Shown here piece by piece: positions 1 through 11,239 of a DNA stretch of 64,000 nucleotides. The position numbers and the translations under genes are program-made. The stretch covers positions 14,756,001-14,820,000 of the forward strand of contig OZ024751.1 in assembly GCA_964016885.1 (NCBI GenBank). The letters run 5' to 3'. The notes beneath the pieces were generated by a model that saw only the letters and a program-made list of their open reading frames with translations, did not search any database and was not told the origin of the DNA. This DNA comes from Eledone cirrhosa. Lineage: Eukaryota. Positions within the stretch are counted from its first letter, which is position 1; each line of letters starts with the position of its first letter.

Positions 1-240
1 ATATTTATATAGATATATTTATATAGATATATATATAGATATATATATATATATATAGATATATATATATATATAGATATATATATAGATATATATATAT
101 ATTTATATAGATATATAAATATAGAGATATATATATATATATAGATATATATATATATAGATATATATATATATAGATATATATATATATAGATATATAT
201 ATATAGATATATATATAGAGATATATATATACATATAGTA

Positions 241-603
241 TGATTAGAGAGAAACGAAGCCTGCATGCTCCGATGGATGTGTAACAGTAATATACGTGAA
301 CGACAAAGCATAAATGAATTGAGAGAGAGACTGAGCATAAGAGGAATCAAATGCTGCGTGCAGGAGAGGCGGTTACGCTGGTATGGACATGTGATGCGTA
401 TGAAGGATGACAGCTGCATAAAAAGGTGCAGAGCACTAGAAGTTGATGGAAACCGCGGAGTGGGGAGACCCAAGATGACTTGGGATGAGGTGATAAAAGC
501 CGACCTTACCCAACTACACCTCTCAAAGTCAATGACACACGACCGTGACTTCTGGCGTCATGCAGTAATACAGGGTACCCGACCTCCCATGGGTACATGC
601 TGA
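241..603 (+). mobile_element. RTE-clade LINE, 3'-terminal ORF fragment
   Basis: ORF 265-603 has [12 protein letters not shown]...[23 protein letters not shown]...DRDFWR, the typical RTE/BovB-type C-terminus after the RT domain. Confidence 0.85.
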
Positions 604-639
604 AGCATATAAACAATATGCCCCCCCCCCCCCCCACCG

Positions 640-908
640 CAAGGTGGTCGTGGAGGTGCCACGGCAAAAAAGCACCCAGCCCACACTGTAAAGTGGACGT
701 GTAGGCGCCACGAAAAAGCACCCAGCACTCACTGTAAATGAGGTTGGTGTTAGGAAGGGCATCCAGCTGTAGAAATCAGGCCAGATCAGTTCCTGTATGA
801 GCAAGGCATGGTCAGCCGACCAGACACTGCCCACAACAGGACAACCCGTCTAACCCATGCTAGCGTGGAAGAACGGACGTAAAACGGTGATGATGATGAT
901 GATGATGA
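640..908 (+). mobile_element. 3' part of SINE family B (~45-bp internal unit + RTE-like tail ending in (GAT)n)
   Basis: Matches the full copy at 14228-14667; ends AACCCATGCTAGCGTGGAAGAACGGACGTAAAACGGTGATGATGAT. Further partial copies at 1601-1864, 1920-2088, 9865-10030 and 12495-12745. Confidence 0.75.
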
Positions 909-976
909 TATATATATAAATATATATATATAGAGATATATATATACATATATATAGAGATATATATATACACATA

Positions 977-1008
<32 letters not shown>

Positions 1009-1079
1009 CACATAGATATATTTATATAGATATATATATACATATATATATATATATACACATAGATATATTTATATAG

Positions 1080-1110
<31 letters not shown>

Positions 1111-1167
1111 GATATATATATACATATATATATATATAGATATATATATACATATATATATATATAG

Positions 1168-1198
<31 letters not shown>

Positions 1199-1199
1199 G

Positions 1200-1230
<31 letters not shown>

Positions 1231-1259
1231 GATATATATATACATATATATATATATAG

Positions 1260-1290
<31 letters not shown>

Positions 1291-1316
1291 GATATATTTA
1301 TAATATATATATATAG

Positions 1317-1347
<31 letters not shown>

Positions 1348-1373
1348 GATATATTTATAATATATATATATAG

Positions 1374-1404
<31 letters not shown>

Positions 1405-1456
1405 GATATATTTATAATATATATATATAGATATATATATACATATATAGATATAT

Positions 1457-1505
<49 letters not shown>
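909..1505. repeat. (TA)n microsatellite with TAGA/TACA interruptions
   Basis: Read directly; similar tracts at 1-240, 21600-21830, 32220-32440, 37440-37585, 43930-44655, 55190-55690, 59150-59435 and 63190-63570. Confidence 0.95.
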
Positions 1506-1509
<4 letters not shown>

Positions 1510-1603
1510 TGTTCAAAAAATAGGTATTCACATTTCAACAGCATTCGAATAAATATTGCCTGTAGACGTAATGAAAGTGTGTATATATTTTTGGGGGACA
1601 CCC
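1506..1603. mobile_element. ~95-bp Tc1/mariner-type MITE
   Basis: Terminal inverted repeats of consensus CAGGGTGTCCCAAAAAATGTATACAC ... GTGTATACATTTTTGGGGACACCCTG in a TA context; copies near 2577-2654, 16648-16720, 17178-17250, 21833-22021, 41091-41190 and 41563-41660. Confidence 0.7.
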
Positions 1604-1883
1604 GTTGTTTCCTTGAGCAAAACACTTTATTTCACATTGCTCCAGTTTACTCAGCTGTAGAAATGCGATGATAGGGACTGGGGTCTCTATCATTCCACTG
1701 CAAAGTGGTCGTGTAGGTGCCACGGCAAAAAAGCACCCAGCACTCACTGTAAATGAGGTTGGTTTTCGGAAGGGCATCCAGCTGTAGAAATCAAGCCAGA
1801 ATCAGTTCCCGCCCCACCCTTGCAAGCAGGAAAAAAGTGGACGTAAAATGAAATGATGATGATGACCCTGTATATATGTATAT

Positions 1884-1919
<36 letters not shown>

Positions 1920-2099
1920 GTAAATGAGATTGGTGTTAGGAAGGGCATCCAGCTGTAGAAATCAAGCCAGATCAGTTCCTGTATGAGCAAGGCATGTTCA
2001 GCCGACCAGACACTGCCCACAACAGGACAACCCGTCTAACCCATGCTAGCGTGGAAGAACGGATGTAAAACGGTGATGATGATGATGATATATATATAT

Positions 2100-2286
2100 C
2101 GAAGGAAATGTGGTAAGGAACCAGGTGGACCATAACGCACCAAAGTACTCAATACTTAGGGTAGTAGAGTGGGTAATAGGAACGAGTAGGACCCCGACGG
2201 CTGAGCTCAAGCCGTTTCGACAGCTAATTCTGGACTAAATGAAAATTTTTATCCTGATATATGAATAGCTGAGCTTCTCAAGGGGT
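2100..2286 (-). mobile_element. Short non-coding element (family A) carrying a hammerhead ribozyme, inserted in (TA)n
   Basis: Flanked by TA tracts; near-identical sequence at 17818-18016, 22437-22725, 24257-24447, 24510-24578 and 52789-52944, with a diverged relative at 10150-10340. Confidence 0.8.
2191..2286 (-). ncRNA. Type I hammerhead ribozyme with U3-A8 core variant
   Basis: Minus strand: stem I ACCCC / UUGAGAA / stem II G..AGCUAUUC...GAAUUAGCU..C / GAAA / stem III CGGCU-UGAGCUC-AGCCG / UC / GGGGU; GUC cleavage triplet at 2198-2196. Confidence 0.7.
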
Positions 2287-2335
2287 ATATATATATATAT
2301 ATATATATATTTATTTAAAAAAAGTTGTGATATAT

Positions 2336-2550
2336 TAGTAAAAAGGAAAAGAAAATGCTGACAAATTTTTCTCAGTGAAAAATAGTTTAATTAAGAATAA
2401 GTATAAATTAGTAATAAGTATTGGTTAGTATTCAGTTTTAGTTTTAAAACTGAATACTAACCAATACTTATTACTAATTTATACTTATTCCTAATGAAAC
2501 TATTTTTCACTGAGAAAAATTTGTCACCATTTTATTTTCCTTTTTACTAA
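2336..2550. repeat. ~215-bp near-perfect fold-back (palindrome) between TA tracts
   Basis: TTAGTAAAAAGGAAAAGAAAATG...CAGTTTTA-GTTT-TAAAACTG...CATTTTATTTTCCTTTTTACTAA; the arms are reverse complements. Confidence 0.85.
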
Positions 2551-2729
2551 TATATATATATATATATATATATATACAGGGTGTCCTAAAAAAATATATA
2601 CACATATATATTAGAATGTTGTTGAGGTGTGTATACATTTTTGGGAAGACCCTGTGTGTGTGTGAGTGTATATATATATATATATACATAGAGAGAGAGA
2701 GGGAAGAGATGAAATGTTACTAATTAAGA

Positions 2730-2887
2730 CTAGTAAGACCCATATTTACCTTAGTACTTTATACTACCGTTCTATAGTAAAAAAGACAAAAATGGGGCAA
2801 TGGCTGATGGCAACTTCTCTTTCCGTTTTTAAGGGTCTTTATCCTATTCTATAACATCTCTGCGCATGAGTACACCATTCTATATAA
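2730..2887 (-). mobile_element. Short interspersed repeat, probable mini-Helitron; related copy at 46225-46445 (+)
   Basis: Shared ATGCGCAGAGATG...AGACCCTTAAA.ACGGAAA.AGAAGTTGCCAT; this copy ends in CTAG|T and the other starts A|TCTCTATATAAAG. Confidence 0.5.
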
Positions 2888-2888
2888 T

Positions 2889-3197
2889 AATTGTTTCTAC
2901 TTTTGGCACAAGGCCGGCAATTACCCCCAGTGCATTACTGGTACTTTATTTTATCGACCCCGTAAGGATGAAATAATAATGGCTTCTGATTTACGTACAA
3001 GGCCAGCAACTTAGGGTGAGGGGGAAAGTCAATTAAATCGACCCCAGTGCATTACTGGTGCTTATTTTATCGAGCCTGTAAGGATGAAAAGCAATGTTAA
3101 CCTTGGTGAGATTTGAACTCAGAACATAAAGAGCCATAACTCTATGCCACAAAGCATATTGTCTGACGCTCTACTGATACTGCCAATCCACCGCCCT
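2889..3197 (-). mobile_element. tRNA-derived SINE family C (central GCCTTTCATCCTTACGGGGTCGATAAAATAAAGTACCAG domain, Nin/Deu-like)
   Basis: B-box GAGTTCAAATCC plus the conserved central domain; other copies (-) 5144-5372, 10550-10690, 10780-10962, 42445-42580 and (+) 26537-26718, 28115-28320, 40908-41825 cluster, 46020-46205. Confidence 0.8.
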
Positions 3198-3240
3198 AAT
3201 AATAATAATGTACATATTCCCAGATAAACACATATAGACA

Positions 3241-3755
3241 TGATGGCTGCCCCCCTAGTTATCGAGTATGGCCATTGCACGATATACCATTATTAATAAT
3301 TATTAATTAATTCTATCGTGCAATGCCTGTGCGTGAAGATATTTTTTAAAGTGAGAAAAGACTGTGCACTGAGCCAGTTCCACTCTCTGAGCGACAGTAG
3401 CTATAACCCGAAAAGAAGAAAAGATCAACATCATCGGTTACTACTGAGCCGCAGGTTTTATATCAGAGTTATCCCAGTTTCCTGAGTTGCCTTCTCCTAA
3501 AAGAATGCCCCGACAAAGGCTAGGGGTCTTTCACTCCCAGTGGTTTAACCGTACGGTACACGTGTATATACATATATATACACACTTTTGGATGGCCGTT
3601 GACTCTTATGGGTTCTTCCACCCTTTGTCAGGTTTTGTTTTTTGTCCTGCAGGGTGTCCAAAATCACCCTACTCACCAAGTAAACTTGGTGGGGTTGCCG
3701 GTTTAGTCGCCGACGACCCGACCATGCAACAGGTTGTACTGGGTTACATGTTACC
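3241..3755 (-). mobile_element. Non-autonomous RTE-related (bipartite LINE-like) element; second copy at 49777-50391 (+)
   Basis: Two highly similar ~0.5-0.6 kb copies in opposite orientation; RTE 5'UTR-like motif TAGGAGAAGGCAACTC..AAACC and a (CAT)n-type 3' tail. Confidence 0.6.
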
Positions 3756-4039
3756 ACATAAACACAGACATACATACATACACATATAGAGGTAGGTGTC
3801 AATATATAGGATATCAGTGTTTTTTACACAAAACTGGATAATTCAGACCAAAGCTGAACCAGCAGGCATCATTGAGTTTAGAAATCTCCCATGGCCTCGT
3901 ACCTGCATCTCATGCAGCCCCCTACAATAATCAGGCTCACATCCCTTAACATTATGTCAGAACTATTTCATATCAATACCATACCAAAATAAATCAAGGA
4001 AAAAAAGATCCTATAAATGTCAAACAGTGCCTGGACAAA

Positions 4040-5125
4040 TGCCTTCCAAGGTGGTAGTGCTGGTACCACGATGAAAAGCACAGTCTACACTGTAAGGTGG
4101 TACCCTGGGGCCATGATGAAAAGCACATAGTCCACTCTCTAAAATGGTAGTGCTGCTGCCATGATGAAAAGTACCCAGTCTACCCTGTAAGGTGGTAGCC
4201 CTGGGGCCATGATGAAAAGTACATAGTCCACTCTGTAAAATGGTAGTGCTGCTGCCATGATAAAAAGTACCCAGTCTACACTGTAAGGTGGTAGCCCTGG
4301 GGCCATGATGAAAAGCACATAGTCCACTCTCTAAAATGGTAGTGCTGGTGTCATGATGAAAAGTACCCAGTCTACACTGTAAGGTGGTAGCCCTGGGGCC
4401 ATGATGAAAAGCACATAGTCCACTCTCTAAAATGGTAGTGCTGGTGTCATGATGAAAAGTACCCAGTCTACCCTGAAAAATGGTAGTCCTGGTGCCATGA
4501 TGAGAAGCGCCCAGTCCACCCTGTAAGATTGTAGTGGTAGTCCTGGTTCCACGATGATAAGTACCCAGTCTACACTGTAAAATGCTAGTCCTGGTGCCAT
4601 GTTGAAAAGCACACAGTCCACCCTGTAAAGTCATAGTGTTACTGCCATGATGAAAAGCACAGTCAACCCTGTAAGGTGGTAGTGTTAGTGTTACGATGAA
4701 AAGTAAACAGTTCACCCTGTAAAATGGTAGTGTTGGTGCCGTGATGAAAAGCACCCAGTCCACCCTGTAAATTGGTAGTGGTAGTGGTAGTGCTGGTTTT
4801 ACAAGCACTCTGTAAAGTGGTTGGTGTTAGGCAGGACATCCCACCATAGAAACCATGTTCCCAGCACACTCTGTAAAGTGGTTGGTGTTAAGGGCATCAA
4901 GCCATAAAAACCATGCTCCCACTACATACTGCAAAGTGGTTGGTGGTAGGAAGGACATCCAGCTGTAGAACCCATGCTCCCAGTACACTCTGTAAGGACA
5001 TCCCACCATAGAAACCATGTTAAAAATGGAGCATATGAGGATGTTGGGATTCTCTAACCAGCCTAGCCGCAGACCATGATGACCCATACAACCAAGACCA
5101 GCATGGAAACTAAACGTAAAACGAT
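4040..5125 (+). repeat. ~42-45-bp minisatellite expanded from the internal unit of SINE family B, followed by the SINE tail
   Basis: Unit ~ATGAAAAGCACCCAGTCCACACTGTAAAGTGGTAGTGCTGGTGCC grading into GGTTGGTGTTAGG..CATCCAGCTGTAGAA and AGCATGGAAAC..ACGTAAAACGAT. Confidence 0.8.
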
Positions 5126-5499
5126 ATATATATATATATATAGTAATTGTTTCTACTTTTGGCACAATGCCAGCAATTACCCAGTGTATTACTGGTACTT
5201 TTATTTTATCGACCCCCGTAAGGATGAAAGGCAAAGTTAACCTCAGCAGGATTTGAAATCAGAATGGCAAGGGCCGTAACTCAATGCGTCAAAGCATGGC
5301 GTCCGACCCTCTACCGATACTGCCAATCCACCACCCATGGCGTCCGACCCTCTACCGATACTGCCAATCCACAGTAATAATAATAAATTTGAAGACTAAA
5401 ATCCAAAGAGGGCTCGATAAGGATAAATAAGGGTGAAAGCAGCGATTCTTTGCTTAAACTTTAATCTGTTATTTTAATATATATATATATATATATATA

Positions 5500-5640
5500 A
5501 AACAAATTTAATACAGAAATGGCTTCTACAGAACTAAAACTCTTTCATTTGAAAAAAATCATCAGGAAAGATTTCCTAATGATTTCCTTCAAATGAAACA
5601 GTTCTAGTCCTGTAGAAGCCATTTCTATATTAAATTTGTT
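5500..5640. repeat. Fold-back element (family D) with hammerhead-like core on both arms
   Basis: Inverted arms; CTGATGA/CTAATGA-TTTCCTTCAAAT-GAAAC-AGTTCTA-GTC-CTGTAGAAG; relatives at 22327-22420, 22778-22892, 22995-23018 and 45830-45872. Confidence 0.65.
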
Positions 5641-5688
5641 GCATACACTCTACTAATGTATTGAACCCAGGACTCACATATATATTAA

Positions 5689-5876
5689 CCCTTTAGCATT
5701 ACTCTATATTTATAATTGTATTTTCATAGTAAAGGCTTTATCTCGCATAATATTGAAGCTATGAGATTTTGAGAACAATACCTTAACATTGGTATGAGTG
5801 GCCAGTTACAGCTGGTTTGAACAGAAAGAGGTGAGAGAATTCTGGCCGGATATGGTCAGTTTAAATGCTAAAGGGA
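5689..5876. mobile_element. piggyBac-type MITE (~200 bp)
   Basis: TTAA|CCCTTTAGCATT...AATGYTAAAGGG|TTAA; further copies at 8972-9177 and 13729-13936. Confidence 0.8.
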
Positions 5877-5880
5877 TTAA

Positions 5881-6480
5881 AGCATGTGATGCATATGGAT
5901 GGTGATCGCTGGATAAAAAAAAGCCAAGAAATCCTAGTGGAAGGAAACCACGGTAGAGGAAAACCATGGAAGACCTGGGTAGAGGTGGTAAGAGCTGATA
6001 TCAAATCATTGAGACTAACAAAGACGATGAAGGAACACGAGTAAAGGGATGCTGTACTGAACAAGACCCATCCAACCCATGCAAGCATGGTAAAGCAGAC
6101 ACATGATGATAAAACAATTGATTTGGCATAGTTGTTCTATTCTCTAAATACATCACATGTCTGTACCAGTGCAATCTTCTCTCTTGCATATGATTCTCTC
6201 TACATATTATTCCTCTCATATTCAGTTTTTTTCACTCTCAGCTGATTTGTGCTTCATCATTCGTGCACTCTAACATTACACATCCGGTGGAGAATGCTTG
6301 TTGTTTCTTTCTAGTTATTACATACCCCCTCAGCATTTAAATCCTATATCTTGTTACCATGCAGCTTCGCACTTCCTACACAAACATCCTATAATCTGTC
6401 CTTCACTATGAGCAACAACTTTGTCACCACCAGAGATAAAAATAATGCCCTCAATTATTTCCATCCCATCCTATCTCAGG
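5881..6480. mobile_element. Two decayed RTE 3' fragments in convergent orientation
   Basis: Plus strand HVMHMDGDRWIKKSQEILVEGNHGRGKPWKTW; minus strand QERRLHWYRHVM. Confidence 0.65.
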
Positions 6481-6526
6481 CTACTTGGCCTCTGAAAACA
6501 CACCCCCACTGCTAATTATGTCTCGT

Positions 6527-7135
6527 TACTATTTTACGTTTGTTTTCCATGCCAGCATGGGATGGATGGGTTGTCATGTTCTGAGATTAGGCAGGTCAGG
6601 TGACCATGTCCTGCTTACATGTTCCATTTTGATATGCTTTCTACAACTGGCTACCTTTTCTACTGCCAACCACTTTACAGTGTATACTGGGTGTATTTAT
6701 CATGATACCAGCACTACTACTTTACAGAGTGTACTGGGTGTATTTTATCATGGCACCAGCACTACTACTTTACAGAGTGTACTGGGTGTATTTTATCAAG
6801 GCACCAGCACTACTACTTTACAGAGTGCACTAGGTATATTTTATCATGGCACCAGCACTACTACTTTACAGAGTGCACTAGGTATATTTTATCATGGCAC
6901 CAGCACTACTACTTTACAGAGTGCACTAGGTATATTTTATCATGGCACCAGCACTACTACTTTACAGAGTGTACTGGGTTTATTTTATAATGGCACCAGC
7001 ACTGCTATGTTACAGAGTGTACTGGGTGTATTTTATCGTGGTACCAACATTACCAATTTACAGAGTGTACTGGGTGTATTTTATCATGGTACCAACATTA
7101 CCAATTTACAGTGTGTACTGGGTGCGTTATCATAG
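6527..7135 (-). repeat. SINE family B 3' part with 42-bp tandem expansion
   Basis: Unit ATTTTATCATGGCACCAGCACTACTACTTTACAGAGTGTACTGGGTGT-type repeated ~11 times; explains ORF 6485-7135. Confidence 0.8.
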
Positions 7136-7524
7136 TACTAGCAATAAACCCTAACTGTGTATACAGGGTAAACACTAGTTATGCTAATTCTGTGTACAGT
7201 AAGGGGTTTCTTGGTGGAAACATCCAGCCAGGTGTAAGAACCCTTTAACAGGCACCAGGCTGTCGCACACTGAAGAAAAGTGCTTAAAGAAAATAACACA
7301 ACTAAAACCATGTATTTACCTCTTGTCAGTCACCAAATTTCATAGTTGCCATTATCAATGTAAATAGGCTCAATGAAAGGTAGGACTGGTGAAACTCTGT
7401 AGTTAATGGAGCAGGGATGAATAGATGTGTGCTATATGCAAGAGGTGAGATGGAGTGGAGGAGCCTGAATTAAACTTGCCACAGATATAGAAAAGAGGTC
7501 CAAATACTTCTGGAGAGGCTAACA

Positions 7525-7785
7525 TTTATATAGTCAGAGGAGACTGAGGTTAGCTGGACATGTTCACTGACATTCAGAGTTGACACTGCACTTGCACTCA
7601 GTGTTCCTGTAGGAGCCCCTGCAAGAACACACTAGAAGAGGAGACCGAGGTTGACATATGTTGATGGCCTAAGGACAGACACAGGTCTCTGGGAGACACA
7701 GGACATTGCAGTGATGATGAAGGACAGAGACCACTGGGGAGAACTCGTCCATGGATCTCGGGAATTTTACCTGCCCTAGATAGAT
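7525..7785 (+). mobile_element. RTE/RTE-X-like LINE 3' fragment nested in the older RTE
   Basis: RRLRLAGHV...RRGRPRLTYVDGL..DTGL...MMKDRDHW, ending with a TAGA-type tail. Confidence 0.65.
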
Positions 7786-8059
7786 GTCATTAAGGATATG
7801 AGGAAGGGAAAAGCCACTGGATCATCCGGGATAGTTCTTAAGATGCTGAAAATATCTGGTAACGTTCTTTCACATAGTTAACCAAGTAAAACATGATGAT
7901 GTCATCTCCAATGACCAGCATAATTGTATAATCATTAACTGCTACAATGGATTAAGAACAGAATTTAGATCATATGAGATGCAGTTTGGATTTGTGCCAG
8001 GACAGTGTACTACTGATGACCTCTTCTTCGTGAGACAACTGCAAGAAAAGTTCCTAGCT

Positions 8060-8432
8060 TCTTCTTATGGTGTCCACAAGAGTGTCAGTTACAAAGTTTG
8101 GCTAGATGTGGTTCCACCACAGCTGAACATATTGTTGTCCTTTCTCATTAAACTCTGCCAAGTCCAATGCTGTACAGGGGGTGTTCCAGCAGGGGGCATG
8201 CTGTGCAGGGGGTGTTCCAGCAGGGGGCATGCTGTGCAGGGGTGTTCCAGCAGGAGGCTTATCAAGAGATGCTGCATAGTCAGTGTTTCGATGCCGTAGT
8301 CACACACAACCTTTAAATATCCCCATTTTGCAAGATTAACTTTTGCATGTTCAACACCAGATCTTAGTCTGTTTAGGCATTTCCACACTGCATAGTTGGT
8401 ATCTGCTCCAGGGGGCAGTGTCTCGCTCACCT
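8060..8432 (-). mobile_element. LINE 3' fragment with C-terminal LNRLRSG/CxxxG..TMQHLL region, inserted antisense into the RTE
   Basis: ORF 8089-8430 LPPG...WKCLNRLRSG...KWGY; (AAG)n-type tail; host codons LA (TAGCT) duplicated on both sides, consistent with a TSD. Confidence 0.7.
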
Positions 8433-9229
8433 TTAGCTAAGAGTAAGCCAATAGATTTAGTATTTGTTGATTTGGAGAAGACCTTTGACAGGGTATGGTA
8501 TGGTTCCTCAACTCCTGATAGAGTTGTAGGGGCGCAGTACTAACATACAGCATATCTTGGGCATTTTAAGCCTGGTGGAGTCCATCCCTCACCAGGCCTG
8601 AGAACAGCAGATTTCTTCCAGAGAGGGGAAATAGTCGACTTCAGTACTAAACTGGTACTTTTTTGACAATGTAACTTGCTCTTTAATCTGGTGATCTTAC
8701 TTTGTTCTCAGCCCCTTTCTGTTTGCTGTAGTTCTTCATTAAGACCAATTGTTTATGGAAACTTTTGCATGCTGATGACCAACCTAGTTCTTATAACGGA
8801 ACTTGTGGAAGATCTAGAAGAAACCCCAGATATAGAAGCAAAACATAAAATAAAAAAGACTGAGTAAACTTAGCAATGACTAAAAAGTTGGCCCTTCTCA
8901 ATATGTAGCAAAGGAGTAGATAGAAATTCCACACAGCATACTTAATGTGAAATAGGGATACATAAGGTTAACCCTTTAGCATTTAAACCAGCCATCTGGT
9001 CAGAATTCTCTCACCTTTTTCTGTTCTAACAGGCCGTATCTGGCCACTCATACTGATGTTAAAGTATTGTTCTCAAAATAAATAACATTAAAATCTCATA
9101 GATTCAATATGATGTGAGATAAAGGCTTTACCACAAAAATACAATAGTATATATAGTGTAATGTAAATGTTAAAGGGTTAAGGTATGTAGTGGGATCAGA
9201 GACAGGCAAATAGAGAAGGTAGACCTTGT

Positions 9230-9535
9230 ATTTGGTGGGTGCACAGCGAGAGTCAGCACTGGTGGGTGTACAGCGAGAGTCAGCACTGGTGGGTGTACAG
9301 GGAGACTCAGCAGTGGTGGGTGTACAGGGAGAGTCAGCAGTGGTGGGTGTACAGGGAGACTCAGCAGTGGTGGGTGTACAGGGAGACTCAGCAGTGGTGG
9401 GTGTACAGGGAGAGTCAATAGTGTACAAGGATAGTGAGCAGTGTACAAGGAGAGTGAGCAGTGGTGAGTGTACAGGGAGACTCAGCAGTGGTGGGTGTAC
9501 AGGGAGAGTGAGCAGTGTACAAGGAGAGTGAGCAG
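9230..9535. repeat. 30-bp minisatellite
   Basis: GTGTACAGGGAGACTCAGCAGTGGTGG-type unit, ~10 copies. Confidence 0.9.
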
Positions 9536-10098
9536 TATGTCACCAGTGAAATAAATACACTCTTTCCAATCTAAGGAAGGCTCCATATAAATAGTTGGTA
9601 GCTTCTATTACCTAGGTGATCTAAATAACCGGAGAGGAGGGTGTTCTGAACGACAGGATCCAGATTAAGGACAGGGTGGAAAAAATTTAGGGAGCTACTG
9701 CTACCTCTGGGGTCAACATAGGGATCCTCTCTCTGTATGAAGAGTAGATTGTATTATACCTGTGTATGATGTAGTGCAATGTTACATGGTAGAGTGATAT
9801 TGGCCCCAATTAATGGGGAGGATATACACGGCTTAGAAAGAAATGAGGCATGCATACTCCATTTATCATCATCAATTAACGTCCATCTTCCACAATAGCA
9901 TGGGTTAGACGGGTCCCATTTAGAGGCAAGTTGGGCCGGCTGACCGGGTCTCGCTCATATAGGAGAGTTTGAATGTATTAATCCAATCTAGGGTCACCCG
10001 ACTCCTGGTTGACCTCCACCCCTTTCTGATTGGTTTTGGTCATGTCAGGAGTGTAGTCATATTTACCACGCTTGGCCAATTATTGAATGCACGTGTAC

Positions 10099-10135
<37 letters not shown>

Positions 10136-10694
10136 CACACACATACAAATCAAGAAGAATACAGTAAGAAACTGGTTAGACCATTACTCACCAGAGTACT
10201 CAATACTTGGGGTAGTAGAGTATGGTTATATGAAAGAGCCAGGATCCCGACAGCTGAGCTCTTGTTTTAGACTGGCAGTCAGTCTGGAACTAGCTGTTGA
10301 AATGACAAGAGCTCAGCTGTCAAGGTCCCAACTCTTTCATTAATGCGATGAAATACCCATGATCGTTTGGTAAATCACTGATGAGGGACTCATTTTATAA
10401 CATGTTATCCATGTGCAACCAGCAGTATTCTTCTCACCCATATTTTTCATATATATATATATATATATAATATTATCTATGTTCATACAAGGAACAAAAG
10501 GGCTACCTAAGGTTTCAAAGCCCAATATTGACCATATCGAGATTATATATAATTGTTTCTACTTTTGATACAAGGCCAGCAATTACCTCCAGTACATTAC
10601 TGGTACTTTATTTTATCGACCCCGTAAGGATGAAAGGCAAAGTTAACTTCGGTGGGATTTGATTCAGATCATAAAGGGCCATAACTCCATGGCA

Positions 10695-11080
10695 TGAGCG
10701 ATGAAGCACAAGTTGAGAGAAAAGCTGGGTATAAGATGAATCAGATATGTGTAAGAGAGAAGATTACACTGGTGAGACATAATTGTTTCTACTTTAGGCA
10801 CAAGGCCAGCAATTACCCAGTGCATTACTGGTACTTTATTTTATCGACCCCGTAAGGATGAAAGGCAAAGTCAACCTCAGCGGGATTTGAACTCAGATCG
10901 TAAAGGGACGTAACTATGCTGGAAAGCATGGCGTCTGACTCTCTACCGATACTGCCAATCCAAGACATATAATGCATATGGATGATCATTGGGTGAAGAA
11001 GTGCCAGTAGTTCCAAGTGGAAGGAAGCCATACAAGAGGTGTACGAAAGACTTGCGCACAGGTAGTAAAGTCTTTATGCT
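10695..11080 (+). mobile_element. RTE 3' fragment split by a family C SINE (10780-10962)
   Basis: ERRLHW..DI | SINE | RHIMHMDD...VEGSHTRG; AGACATA duplicated at the junctions. Confidence 0.6.
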
Positions 11081-11239
11081 CAAACATACAAATGTTGGCA
11101 TGGTTTTCTGGCTGGAGCTCTAACACCAACCACTTTACAGAGTATACTGGGAGCATTTTATTATGGCACCAACACAAGAAAGGTTGTCATGTCTTCTTGA
11201 AGATGAAAGAATCCTATCTACTCTACATTATATAACTGC

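Larger units (their letters stand above)
7340..9862 (+). pseudogene. Highly decayed RTE LINE (APE + RT) broken by nested insertions
   Basis: APE motif IDVCYMQEVRWSG (~7421); MQFGFVPG..TTD.LF.VRQLQEKFLA (7979); LVFVDLEKTFDRV (8457); WKLLHADD (~8756); FYYLGDL and GWKKFRELL (~9600-9700). Confidence 0.75.

Noticed and set aside
786-1625. YI/IY, HT and CV-rich ORFs throughout the window
   Set aside because: Translations of (TA)n, (CA)n and (TG)n microsatellites
5385-5465. TTGAAGA...GAAAGCA..TGCTT hammerhead-like arrangement
   Set aside because: Positions 3 and 8 are U-G and no stem I can be formed
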